DNA of 64,000 bases from Tubiluchus corallicola (taxonomy: Eukaryota; Animalia; Priapulida): the NCBI GenBank assembly GCA_030141605.1, contig JAQGDQ010000099.1, forward strand, positions 389,194 to 453,193. The letters are read 5' to 3'. Each line of letters opens with the position of its first letter. Positions within the stretch are counted from its first letter, which is position 1. A model generated the notes under the pieces. It did no database searches, was not told the DNA's origin, and saw only the letters and a list, made by a program, of their open reading frames with translations. A program made the translations under genes and the position numbers. Below are positions 12,501-31,200 of the stretch, piece after piece.

Positions 12501-15500
12501 ACACATAAGGTCTTCTGTGTAAAGGTGCACCGCTTGAATATACTGGTCTGACTTGCGTCCAGATTGTTTTACGACCAATCCATAGGAACCGATTTTGGTC
12601 GCAAGTCGACGATCACCTGTATAAGGTATTTTGTTTGTGTACATGTAAGAAAAGTATTTAAGGTAAAAAGTTTGAATTAATGAAGCTTATTAAATAAAAA
12701 AAAATGTTCAAAAATGCTGTATTTAATAAAAAAAATAAAAGTTTATGACTAGTTGTCAAGTTTGTGCCAATTACATAGTAGGATTAGTAAAAATATTGTT
12801 CTGTTGTGTGTCTACCGTGCTGGAGATGCCAAAGGTAAATATCTGTCAACATTCACCTTAACGTGTCATTGATCAGGGTGGCGTTATAGAAAATTCTATC
12901 TAGAAGCAGTCATGAGAAAAGGCAATTGAGTGTCCTGTAGCATTATACCATACAACTAAGCATACTAAGTTCAGATGTCGCTCTCTAAACTTCCATGTTA
13001 TTTTTCAGCCGAATTCGGGAAGACTGGAAGCTGATTTGCAGAGAGTACCTCCGCATGAACCGAAAGTGCCGAATGCCCCTAGAAATAACATTGGTAAGTA
13101 ACTTTATTAGGTGTGAGAGTGAGTGTGATGCTTGTTGTTTTCTGAATTGCTTCTGTTTAATTGGCCAGTTAAGCTTTTGCATTTTCCTGTTGCTTATTCA
13201 TGTTTGAAGAAGATAAAACTGTAATTCATTTAAATATTATAATTTACTGGTGTCTCATTAAGTAAGAGTACAAATCGGTGGTTTGCAAATGCTGATGTTT
13301 TAAGGACTGTTTACAATGTCATTTTGAGCGCTGACACAGTGACAAAAAACAAAGATAATTATCTGTATTTTCTGTGAACGAAGACTATCTTTTAGCCTGT
13401 TAAATTTCAGCAGTTTTAGTATGGACTTTTGAAACTAGAAGTTTTTTTAAGCAAGGAGTAGCCCTTAGCTGACAGCTGAATTCATTGCAACTTCATGTAA
13501 TTTGCAGTTTTCAACCAACCTGCAAATGGATGAAAACTTTCTTTTTGCATTTAAGGAAAACAAGATTAGTTGGTGAAGTAAACTCCAATACTAGAATGCT
13601 GCTTTGCAAAATAGCCAAACTAGTTCTGTTTTACTTAGGTTATGGGCAGTTTGGTGTCCTCAGCAAAATGGTTATATCCCAAGTAAAATGGAAAATCTTT
13701 CATCTTTGCTGCACATGTTTTGTCTGAAGCTCGAAAATCAGCCGCCACTTTAAACAAATAAGTAGTTTTTGAGTCTTGCAGTAGACCTCTGTCACCAGTC
13801 ATCATAGTGATACTATTAAAGTTTTTCTCCAGGCAGACAGAAGGGGTTTTTCTTTACAGATGTTTATCGGTTTGAGTTAATTATTATACTTTCAGGTGTT
13901 GGAGGAGCAACTGGTTTCACAGGTGACCCAGTCTCGCAAGGTACAACAAATTTTTGAAAATTATTTACGTTAACAATTGTTCTTCAGCATTTAATATATA
14001 ATCTAAGCCTTTGGGTTGTTAGCGCATTGTTTAAACTGTAATTTGTAAACTGTGACAGTCTTAGTACAACTTAGTATCAAAATTGGCACAGTGTTGCAGT
14101 GTTAAAAATATTTAATATATATGAGCATTTTTATTAACTATTACAGAAATGTTTGATCCGGTGATGCCGGCCGAGTCTCCGCCTCCACCACCATCACGGA
14201 TCGATTCAAGCATACACGAATCATGCCCTCTGGAGGAAGAGGTTTGGTTTCATCGAAATCTAAGCAGGAGACAGGTAAATTTTTCAGCATTGTGGATCAT
14301 AGCAATATTTGTACATTAGTGTAGAGTATGTTGGTACAATTTTACGATTGCTTTTTAAAATCGATTTTATAGTACTATTTACAATTAGTATAATTTTGTG
14401 ATTTTAGAATTATTAATTTCATGATGTCAGTGTATGTAACTGTAAGTTATAACAGACTTTTTAATTGTAAAGCACATCGAGATCACTGGATGTGGTGCTG
14501 TATACAAATAATAAATTATTATTATTATTACTACAGTGTATACTGTTATTAAATATAGTAAAAGAAGTTTGTTCGTATGTGTGGTTGTTTTTCTTTGTAT
14601 GATAACTTGCTTCAGTATTAGTCAGTATTGGTAATCACCATAAGAGGAGATGATATTGTTCAACTTTATAAGGGCAGTAGTCAAGTGGGCCTGAGCTCTT
14701 TTGATTTCATGGTCACAAGTTCCTGATTTGGCTTATATACCAATCCAGATGCATGGGAAACACAATTCCCACTGTAGTGAATTTTCTAACTTTAGTCGAG
14801 TCTAGGTGGGCATGATCTAAATTCTTCGAGTACCGTAGATAGCCCTTTGAATGCCTCACCATGTTAAAATCAAGTATTTGTAAGAAATGTAACAATGTGG
14901 ACTTGCTGTTTACAGGCTGAAAGGTTAGTGCAAAGAGACGGAGACTATTTGGTACGGGAAAGCTCCCAGTGTCCTGGACAATATGTATTGACTGGCATGC
15001 AGCGTGGGCAGGTGAAGCATCTGCTTTTAGTAGACCCCGAGGGTGTGGTAAGTATTAACCATGGCGTAATTGAGCCATTCTATTTTTGGTTTTAGTTTTG
15101 TTACTTACTGTTTTGTAAATTGGGTCTACTTAAATTGGCATTCGATTTTTCTAGTAAATAATGTTGGCTTTAATCGTGTTACTCTAAATGCTCTATTTTA
15201 CGAAGTTGAACTTTCTGGGTTGATGGGGGTTGAAAACGATTGAAAACGATGATTAATTTACATTGGTTTTGAAAGTTATCTGCTGCCTGGAATCAGAACT
15301 TGTCTATACATGGCATTTATGTGCCTATTGCTAGTATTAAGTCACTTAATTAAGTATTTTTTGCTATTATTTATTAAACTACGTCAGTAAAGTGTTTTTT
15401 CTGTTTCAAAATTAGCTTTGCGGCTTCAGATATTGAAAAGTAAAAAGCGATTGTGGTGGTGATGGTTGCACTTTCGATCGACGAACTACTGGATCAGTGA

Positions 15501-15730
15501 ATGTCAGTAGGACTGAATTTGATACTTAAGATAAAAGATTGTTTCCTCCTGTAAAATTGAGCATGCGTTTGTACTTTGCTTTGTTGTTTCAGGTTCGCAC
15601 GAAGGACCGAGTGTTTGAGAGCGTTAGTCATTTGATAGACTACCATCGGCAGAACCGAATCCCAATCACGTCAACTGAAAGTTCGCTGCATTTGTACAAT
15701 GCGGTCATTTCCGATTTGAGCAACCCCTAA
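584..15730 (+). CDS. SHC1: SHC-transforming protein (Shc adaptor, PTB-CH1-SH2), 5'-partial. Coding exons: 584-654, 6590-6650, 7418-7537, 7906-7959, 10617-10792, 11260-11383, 13009-13093, 13896-13940, 14147-14274, 14916-15047, 15593-15730
   Basis: All 11 exons have AG/GT boundaries and join in frame (1134 nt including stop). PTB: [54 protein letters not shown]1: [14 protein letters not shown]2: [49 protein letters not shown]. The start codon lies upstream of the window. Confidence 0.95.
675..803. repeat. 59-bp tandem repeat, about 2.2 copies
   Basis: acatt(g/a)a(t/c)ag...gactggt..c...tgccagttac...actgggaca.agtg units start at 675, 734 and 793. Confidence 0.75.
2457..2808. mobile_element. Degenerate MITE-like element
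   Basis: aggaaatgatagcccctccc versus ggggaggcggtcatttcct, an imperfect inverted pair. Confidence 0.35.
5625..5685 (+). repeat. Dispersed repeat; an inverted copy lies at ~38083-38145
   Basis: ggatgatttttcatatactatcccattttcaagt...aaaaagtattcattttaac matches the reverse complement of gttaaaatgtatacttttt...acttcaaaatgggatagggtatgaaaagtaatcc. Confidence 0.7.
6123..6465. mobile_element. Foldback/MITE-like element with ~115-bp imperfect inverted arms
   Basis: tggtaataattgtttcacgtaagtc...aacctgcagtttaagatttggcccggttttg versus caagaccgggcccaatcttaaaatgcagg...gacttacttgatagaattattacca. Confidence 0.75.
7717..7779 (-). mobile_element. tRNA-derived SINE head or tRNA pseudogene remnant
   Basis: Minus strand tagtctagtg...gtccctagttcaaatc, with degenerate A and B boxes. 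A similar B-box remnant lies near 7350. Confidence 0.4.
9416..9514. repeat. (GGTAA)n/(GATAA)n pentanucleotide repeat
   Basis: Seen directly. Confidence 0.85.
10178..10507. mobile_element. MITE-like element with ~33-bp TIRs and an internal tRNA-like T-arm
   Basis: ttagattatgactgtgaatgccaggatgtacata / tatgtacatcctgacattcacagtcataatctaa. Internal ggttcaaatcc. Confidence 0.75.
10858..10975. repeat. 33-bp minisatellite, about 3.5 copies
   Basis: Units like aataagaatggcaaccattatacaggttgttct. Confidence 0.8.
11415..12082. mobile_element. Degenerate Tc1/mariner-type non-autonomous element
   Basis: TA-cagggtgtttcaaaagttcctc ... gagggacttttgacatgcccag-TA. Confidence 0.5.
12354..12619. mobile_element. 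pogo/Tigger-like MITE with TA target duplication
   Basis: TA-caggtagtggtcgacttgc ... gcaagtcgacgatcacctg-TA. Confidence 0.75.
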
Positions 15731-18700
15731 CAACAGATGTCTCTGATTAGATGTTGAGATCAAAACTTGGAAAGTTGAAGTGTATGAGTGTTTGCGGGTT
15801 CATCTCGTGGCAGAGGACATGTCCTCTGCCGCGAGGAAACTTTTTATGATGGTTGTCCGAAGAAACTTTTTTATGATGGTTGTGATTTCTTTTATGTAAC
15901 TACGTGGAAATAACCGAAGTATGGAAATAATCAACAGCAACGTCTATGTGTTTGCGCCAATCTCATGATTACTGATGAAAGTAACTGGCTATGTTGCGTC
16001 TTCTCTTAGTATCAGAGAGTTTTGATATTTGTTGTGACGCACTGTTACTAAGACGAGCTTTATAGATTTTTTGGATTAGCATAGCTTTGTCACGTTACAT
16101 GTTTTGTTGGAACTCGCGCTGTTATGTTGCACATTGGGACTGCTCAGAAGACCGCTGACAATGAATCTTTGAAACGTATTAATTAATCAAAACTGGTTAG
16201 ATTCACAATCCTGAAGTTTATCTGCCGTTCAAAAGCATATTTGTGCTAAGCTAATATTATTCGACAAAATTTTTCTTAGATGTGCCTTTTGGAAATTTGT
16301 GTTTTTAATCAAGAATTTTGGTTTGCTTTTTATTCATTTAAAGAATTTAGATTTCTTGAAAATTTTTCCGCATTTTGACATCTTGATAAATTTTTACTAA
16401 ATTTTTAAAGTTGAAAAGATTATTTTTAATACAGTAAAATAACTTCTGTATTGGTACTAAATTAAGTATACATTCATCGTTAGAAAATCATTGCAGTTAC
16501 ATTGAAGTAAAGGTATTTGTTTTAGGGAATTATCCTAGCATTTTTTATGTAAAATTTAGAGAGATATTTGCTTGATTTTTAAGTGAGAAATATTTACATT
16601 TGTTCACAATGATCCCATTGTGCTTTTAGACATTGTTGTGCGAGTAAAGACCCTGTAATATGATTTTTGGTAAGCTCTTGTTTGTTATAGTGTGTAGATT
16701 CTATGTAGATATTATCAGAGAATAATGTATAAAAGATGTAAGCATATTATGTATTGTTAAATTATTTATACGGTTGTTTATAAGTGGAAGAACGAGTTTT
16801 ATTTGCGTGCATATCTTAGAATGGTAATGGCTACATATTAGCTGTGTATATTAGCAGCAGTGACTGCAGTTATTTGTGTTTGATTCACCTGAGTTGCAAT
16901 CAGTACCTGAACACAGTATGCGCAATCATACCTGCCTACTTCTGCCAGAAAATCACAAAAAACTGCAACTTTATGTTGTTTCACGTCAAATTTTCGGCAA
17001 GTTTTCTTGTGTCTGCATTTCATGCTTGTACAAGCAGTGCCACTTTGATTTTGCTCAAGAATCTTATCGAAAATCTTGGCATACCTTTACTCTACAGATT
17101 TGTTATCAAATTTTATATCAAATACCTTTTGCAGGCTGTGTCCTGTGATCTGTTTAAGCAGTTTGGTAATAAAGTACTAGTACTTATTACCCATTCTTGT
17201 AATTTTTTTGTTTATGACATTTGCCAGTATTTACTATTCTTTGCTGTTTGTATGCGTGTAAGTATTTTACAAATTTCAGTTGGAAAATTTGATCATAGAA
17301 CTGCACCAATTTTTTGCATTGTTGTTGATTGAATTAAAGTTTAGTATTTGAGTTTACTATTAGTCACTTCATATATGGAGCAAATGTTTGAGTAACTGAA
17401 TACAGCAATTATTGTATTACTATCCAGTACTTGACTCAAGTAATCAACCATGGATCTTTCTGCTTATCAAAATTAGTGTAGATTGCAGATTACCATGTTG
17501 TTTTCAAGAATCCATTTCAACATGTTCTATCCGTTGTTATTGCCTTGATTTGAATCTTTCCGATGCTAAAAAAATTTTGTTGGTTCGCTAAAATTCTGAA
17601 TATTAGTCTGTAATGTTTTCTGTTACCTGCATTTGAAATGATCGTGTAATACTGTTCGCATTATGCTTACCCTATCAGCTGTATGTTTAATTTGATAATT
17701 ATGTCAAACATGAATGATAAATAAGCGTTGCTTTGTTGTACAATATAATTTACTCTATTTATTCTATCTACTCTACCCGATTGAGCGATTATGCAAACAA
17801 CACAAATTGTTAACAATAATTGTAAATAAAAGTAATCATTATGCGTGTCGAGTGTGTGTTCGTGATAAATTCTGCAGGTTCAGATAAACAATTCTAGCAT
17901 AAATTATAATTTCTGTACTCAATCTAGGCTAATCTGGAGACATGCTCGTAAATATTGGGAACTAAAGCATTGTCATTGGTGATAATAAGATTATAATTTT
18001 AAGATTTTAAGTCCTGTTCTTTTTTAGTATTCATTGTAGGATGTTTTTAGTCATATGCAGATTTAGTTCAAATAGAGCATAGAACATCATCTAAATTGGT
18101 TTTTCAAGAGTGAAAATAATTGCGTGTTGCCAATGCCACCTGTTAGGCGCATTTTCAAACATACACGTTATTACATTGACTGACGCAAAATTTCTGATTT
18201 AAATGGTTATGAATTGCAAAGGTATTTTTAAATTGAAAGTTTTTAATTAAAGGACAGACTTTTGTTGACAGTACTGTATGTATATGAAAAACACGTCTAG
18301 TTTGAAGTTTCGTATGATGTGATTGTTTGAGACTAACTTTCACATGATGTTTGAAACTAACTTTCAACTGTGTAGCTTTGTTATACTGATGTTGTAGTAA
18401 ACACTGATTTTTAGCAGCGAGTTACAATTTTAATAGTTTTATTACATTGCCTTTTTATTGATAATACACTGCATTGTTTTTGGTCATTTGCTGCCAAGCA
18501 TAAATCGAAACTCTCATAGCTAATACAATTACGATATAAAAAATTAATGCTATTCGTGTTTTATTCTTGAGTAATGTGATTAATACCTTTACGCCTGCTT
18601 AATTAATTTAATTTTATGTTGATGTTATCATGTTATGCAAGCGTAGCAAAAATAAATTTATCTTCTTACAATTTTTGTGTATATGCTTCGTTAGTTGCAA

Positions 18701-21662
18701 TTTTAATGTGTAGTATGAGAATGAGAAGTCGAAAAATCGTCAGAAACAATGACAGCATTCTAACCCTTAACAGTATTTATTTAATTTTACAAGAAACTTC
18801 AATATGTTTCAATATCAAGGAAACTTCAGTCATTACTATAAGAAAATATACAGCAATCATTTATGGTAATTTTTATAATTACATCATCAACAAACACTGT
18901 TATTATTACGCAGATTACATATGTAGTAGTAAAGGACCTCACCTATATAATATAATTATAATATATACAATTGTGCCTGCTTAAGTTAATTAGGTAAAAC
19001 AACATAAGAACATGTTTTCATTACACATAACTTATACTACGTGGAGAGTAGAGTGATATCATTTTTATACTGGAATATCAAGTCTCAACTTGCATTTCAT
19101 CTTAATCTTAAAATGTAAAAAAATACCATCAATTTTTAAATGTAGAAGGGATTTCAGAGACTGCACTACACAACAACAATGGTAGAAATTGTTTAAAGGA
19201 AGACAACTATCTGAAGTGTTGGCTAGTTACAGTTCAGGAAACTTTAACGCAAATGAAATCAAATGCAAATGAAATACCGACGTGCTTTTTAAGACATTTT
19301 AACCATCAAGCAATCAAATTTATAAAACAAAATTAATAATTGACTTGTTACCCGAAAAGCACAGAATTTAAAGGTTACAGTTTGCAAATTTTCAATTAAA
19401 TGAGTGGCCAAACTATGAAAAAATGCAAATCAGAAAAAAGATACTGAAGTGCCCTAAAGCTTACTGAAGTGCCCTAAAGCTAGTGCATGTTGCTTAGAAA
19501 ACACACACAAGAAAACATTTTTCAAAGCTAATGGCCTACATATCACAAAAGTTATAGTCAAGTGAAAATATGTCAGGCAATTTGTTTCAAACACCGACCT
19601 GTAGAATGTCTTTAACTGATGCAAAATAACTTCCTGTTTTGACAAAAAGGTGTTTTAAATGCAGAAAATGTACATATTCGCAATACCACAAGCAGACAAG
19701 CTGAAATCATAATTACAGTACTATGAATTAACAAAACATACAGCCTGCATTGACGGTGAAATAACTGATAAATCAATTCTTAAACAGTGCAATAGAGATC
19801 ACAAAATAACAGATCATAGCAGAACTTTCAGAAAAAAAAATTGCCATGAACAACATCAACAACATGTAGACATCTCTCTTCCAGATCAAGCAAATGTACT
19901 AAAAATTCAAAATTTTAGTTCTAAATGTATTAAATATACCACTGACATGCTTTTTAAGACTTTTTAAAATTTAATAATCAAATTTAATTTTTAATAATCA
20001 AACTTACAAAACAAAATTAATTATTAATTTGTTGCCTGAGAGGCACACAATTTAAGTCTTATTTTGCAAATTTTCAACAAAACGAAGTGTTAAGCTGTGA
20101 CAAAAAGTAAAATCAAATCAATATTATAGGGAGTGTTAAAGACTCGTTGAAAAAAGTCTTATGCATTTAGTGTCAGGTTTATATAAATTTTGCATTACTA
20201 CAGAAACCTAACCATCCAAAGTATGAGTAAGACATAAGAACACAACCACAAAATAAAATTCGAAAATGTACGTAAAAATTACTTTAACTTAAACAAGTGA
20301 TACTAAAGATAGTATCACGACTACTAACAAGCTTAAATCATGTTATTAATGCAAAGTTACAGATATCATAATAATGAAAATCTTAACGAAAACATTTCAT
20401 CATAGAATAGTTTTTCCAAAATGTTGACTATAAAAAATGCTTTAGTAGGAGAACAGCTCAAGTGACGTAGTTTTCGTACTTCAATACAAGATCTTAAAAA
20501 AACTGTAAAGGCACAGAATCTTTCTCAAGTCAACTACTAATAATAATAAGTGAGAGCTCAATTTAATGAATAAAATGCTCTGCTTGAATATGAAATATTC
20601 AATGATGATAAATCATTGGGTGTAAGACCTTCTGCTAACAACGATGTGGCCACGGAAGAAGATTACGTAATATATTTGGTTGCGAATGAGCACTACAATA
20701 AACCAGAATGTGCGTAAAGAGGTGCCCATAACACTGAGAATTCCAAAAGGGCAAAATGAAATGAAACAGTAGTCTTAAAGCCAATCCTCCAAAAACTTTT
20801 CAAAAATTAATGAATTTACCTGTCTGATCCAAACCACAAAACATGAAAACTGCATGAACGAGTTAGCATGAAAAAGGTAGAACTGAAATATCTGCTGCAA
20901 AAGTGGGAACCAAACAAATAAAGTAAGGAAATTGACCCTCTTCAAACAGTACTTACAACAAATCAATGAATGTCTCTACACTGTGTACATTGAACGCCTT
21001 TAGAACATTCATTAATAATTAACCGATCCTTACCATACTGACGAACATGCACATCAAAACTAACAGATACACAAATTTGCAATGCAACAGGATACGTCAG
21101 TTTTTGGCCACATGACACGTTGCAATTCCTCAACTCCAGAAGCAAATTCACACCAACCATGGCCATTTAAACAGTTTATACAGCCTGTACACATTGCCAA
21201 TTCTTTTTAGTAAACTGCACATCCTTAGTCAGTTATTAAGCAATTTTAAGCTGCCTTTGATATACACAAAGTAACAAAGTCAGTACAATTGGTCAAGGGT
21301 GAACCATTTCATGTGAAATTTTTTGCTGTGAACGCAGTACTTTATGCAACCCTATCCTTTTAACATACAACAAATTTAAAGTGAAAAAGTAGATTTCGAG
21401 CCTTGAAGTATTTACAAAAAAACATGCCGATAAAATTATTCACTCACAAAATTATAATATAATTATGTATGTAATAATTTACCAAACACCTATGATGACA
21501 ATGTATAAAGATCCAATGAAACATAATAATTACATAAGTTGGATAAAGTTTCTGTGTTGGTGTAAACGCTGCCAGTAAAATCCAATTTTAAATCATCAAG
21601 CATCTGTTTGTGTTCAATTCACAAATGCCTAATATTATGTAATCATGCAGCACCCCCTAGTG

Positions 21663-27946
<6,284 letters not shown>

Positions 27947-28263
27947 CGTGGCAATATGTTACCTTAACATTTAATACGACGAAAAAGGCTAACTAAACAC
28001 CATAGGTTAAATACGTAGTCATAATTATTATTACAAAAAGTCAGCTTGCTGATAAACTGTGAAAAAGAAACAATTTTATCAACGTCTTTACGTTGCACTG
28101 TTTTTAGCTCTACCTGTTGAGCAACCTTTTAGATTTTCAGGGAAAAGCGGTGGCGCCACTGTTCGTGAAAACCAAAACGCCGGTTTTTCGTTTTGTTTTG
28201 TGTATGATTTTACCAAATTATAAATCCATTTTCATCATTTTGCTTAGCTAAATATTGAATAAA
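27947..28263. promoter_or_regulatory. Shared bidirectional promoter region of GOLPH3 and SNRPG
   Basis: Divergent start codons only 317 bp apart, with a central CpG-containing patch (gcggtggcgccactg, aaaacgccggttttt). Confidence 0.75.
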
Positions 28264-31200
28264 ATGAGTAAGGCACATCCTCCAGAACTAAAGAAGTAAG
28301 TTAAGCTTTGATTAGTAGTTATAAAAAGTTAGAAACTAAATGTGATAATTTAATAGCTTGATTAATTTATTTGTCAAAATTGCGTTAATTGTAGAAGTAA
28401 TTAGTATCGACTGAATTCTTTTTTAAATTTAAGGCAAGCGTTGTTAATAGGTAATTGCCACCGTTATTGTTTTGTTTAAAGCCCATAGCAAATTTTAAAC
28501 AGTCATGCAGTGGCGGCTCGTAGCTAAAATAGAGGGGGTGCTATTTTTTAGCCGTTGTTTTAATACTGTGTAAAACGAAACAAACATATGTAACTATAAT
28601 GTTGTAATTGTAATTTTAAACATAACCTTGATAAGCTCCTAAACAAAAAATATTGTTTTCTTCCGAATAGCCTAAATTGTCGCAGTTCTAGAATATGCCT
28701 ATACACAGCTTTTAAGCACTTGACAACTGACAACATGTACTGCAGTGAGCGACAGTACTCTTTCTCCTTATAGTACAGCATCTTATCTCAGACATGTGCG
28801 CATGGCAGCATGCACACAGCAGCCGAACTCCGGTTCCGCACAAATATAAAGAAAGAGGTAAAGAAAATAGGTTATTATATTGAATATTATTGATATTAAT
28901 GAGTGAAAACAGGGGGTGTTGCAGTACCACAGTACCTATACACGAGTCGCTACTGCAGCCTTATAAGCTCTTGTTTAGTGATAAGTTTGGTCCGTCATTT
29001 GTTGGGGTATGCTATAGTTGTTTGGTCACCACAGCATATTGCATATATTCAATGCCTCGAAGAAATTTAGAAGTGTTGTTGAAGACGATATTTAGCTCAT
29101 GATATCGATTTATCGTCTTTGTTTTCTCTAGAACAAAGACGTAATACTATTGATTTGGTAAATGCATGTAAGATTTTAAATGATCATACTATACTACAGC
29201 CAACTAATTTTTTTGTTTCATCATTTCGTCAGTTTCTGGGACATTCTGACAAACTTTTTTGTCCTTGTGTTAGAACCAATATACTGAAACATTTTTTCAG
29301 TCGCCGGTAATTAATCCGTGGAATCGTCTCCCAAGTAATGTAATAGCTTCGGAGAGTTTTAGTAAATCTGAAAGTACAATAAGAGTGATGTGTTCAATGC
29401 CTGCTAGCGGCTAGCGTCACTAAACCATTTAACGGTATGTTCAGTAATAGAGTTAATGCTGACTTATCGACTTATTACATTGTTTTTTCAGGTACATGGA
29501 CAAAAGATTGTCACGTAAGAATTACTATTATTCTTAAGAATCTGTGGGTGTGGAAAGATATCGTGCTAAACTCACTCAACAGTCTATATCCTGCATGCGT
29601 GTGATTTAAGCAAGGTCTGAGTGGTGTAATGGTCATGCAGTATTGTGCACAGTGGAGATGCACACATTATGGTGGACAGTTGGTGATGTCCTCCAGATTA
29701 TGCAGAAATTCAAACAGGCCTAGACTTATGGCAAAGTCAAATTGTAATATGTAAATCATACGATGCCATCACCTGCTGAAATTCTGAATGACCAAAAGAG
29801 TAAATTTACCTGTTCACATAGTCTGACATATTGTAGTCACCAGCACATAGTTCTTGAAGTGGTTTCTTTCTTGCAATTGGTAGAACTCAAAGAACTTTTT
29901 CCAGTCCATGTTTAGCAGTCCTCGGGCAACTCTCAATATCATTTTGTTGTTGCTGGTTAGCTTCAATTGAAGTTATCACTTAACCAGTAAAATTATCAGT
30001 AAAGTTGGATATAATCCTTTTTGTTTAGTATAGACAGGCTGTAACTCAGCAGTTTGTGTAGTTTAATCTTTTTAGAGATGTGGTATTTCGTGCAGTTAAA
30101 ATTAAGTTTTAAAAGTATTTTTTTATTAAAGTAATGTTCACTTCTTAGAACTCATGTTGTTCAAGTGTCGTAAACTTTATAACTTCTCTTAGCTGGCAGG
30201 TGTAATGTGGAAGCCGCCTCTTAATAAAACCACTGCGGAACCAGCAATGAGTAGTGCTAATAAATGGCAGTTTTATTATGCTGTATTTAGCATATACAGC
30301 ACGTAAACGCTTCGCCCCAATTAGTATTATATGACAATTAAAGATTAATCAGTCAGCTGAGTCTCGTCCTTACAGGATGTCTCTAGATCAACAGTGATTC
30401 AAGATCATTCAGCAGAGTAAAGTGTACTTTGGCAGCTGTGTATGTACATTTCACAGCGGTTATGACGAAACAGTCGACTCTTACTTTCAGTGTAACTTAG
30501 ACTAAGAAGAAGTAAATCTAGGAAACGGGACTTAAGTTTCAACTGCACTTCTTGAAAAATAGCCACATTGCCTTTTTTCGTTTTGGTTTTGCTTTTGTCG
30601 CTTATTACTAAAAAACAGTCGTTGGTGCACTGGTTTTATTAACTGAATTTTCTTAATAGTTTTTATGAAGGTAATTCTGAACTGTGCCTAAATGGTTCTA
30701 AAATGTGTCTGGTTTTATTAAGTGGCAACACTATATTACAATTGTTGCACATTTTTTATTTTTCTTATGTAGTGAAGCTGAATGGAAAGAGGCACGTCTC
30801 TGGTGTCCTGAGGGGATTTGATCCATTTATGAATCTTGTCATCGATGAAGCTGTCGAACACAGGAAAACAGGAGAGAAATTTGACATTGGCATGGTGGTA
30901 TGTGTAATTTTCCTTGCATGTAGAGGGATCACCGAATATCAGTATAAGAATCCGGTCTGGTAAACCTTTGTTGTAATTACCGAAAGTTTGTCACTTTCGT
31001 TATACCAAAATTACTTTTTTAGTAATTGTCACATTTGGTGAACGTTATATTGAACAAACTGAATATTTTTATATAATGCTTATAAAAATTTATCTAAAAA
31101 AGGCAGATAGTAAACAGTGAACAGGCACAATAGCCGTCATTTTGCTTTCTGTTTCTGTACAAAGAATGTGATGCACCATCAGTACACAAGTCGTGTCATT

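Noticed and set aside
16844-17332. 162-aa hydrophobic ORF
   Set aside because: Lies in the T-rich presumed Shc 3' UTR, has a non-ATG start and shows no recognisable motif.
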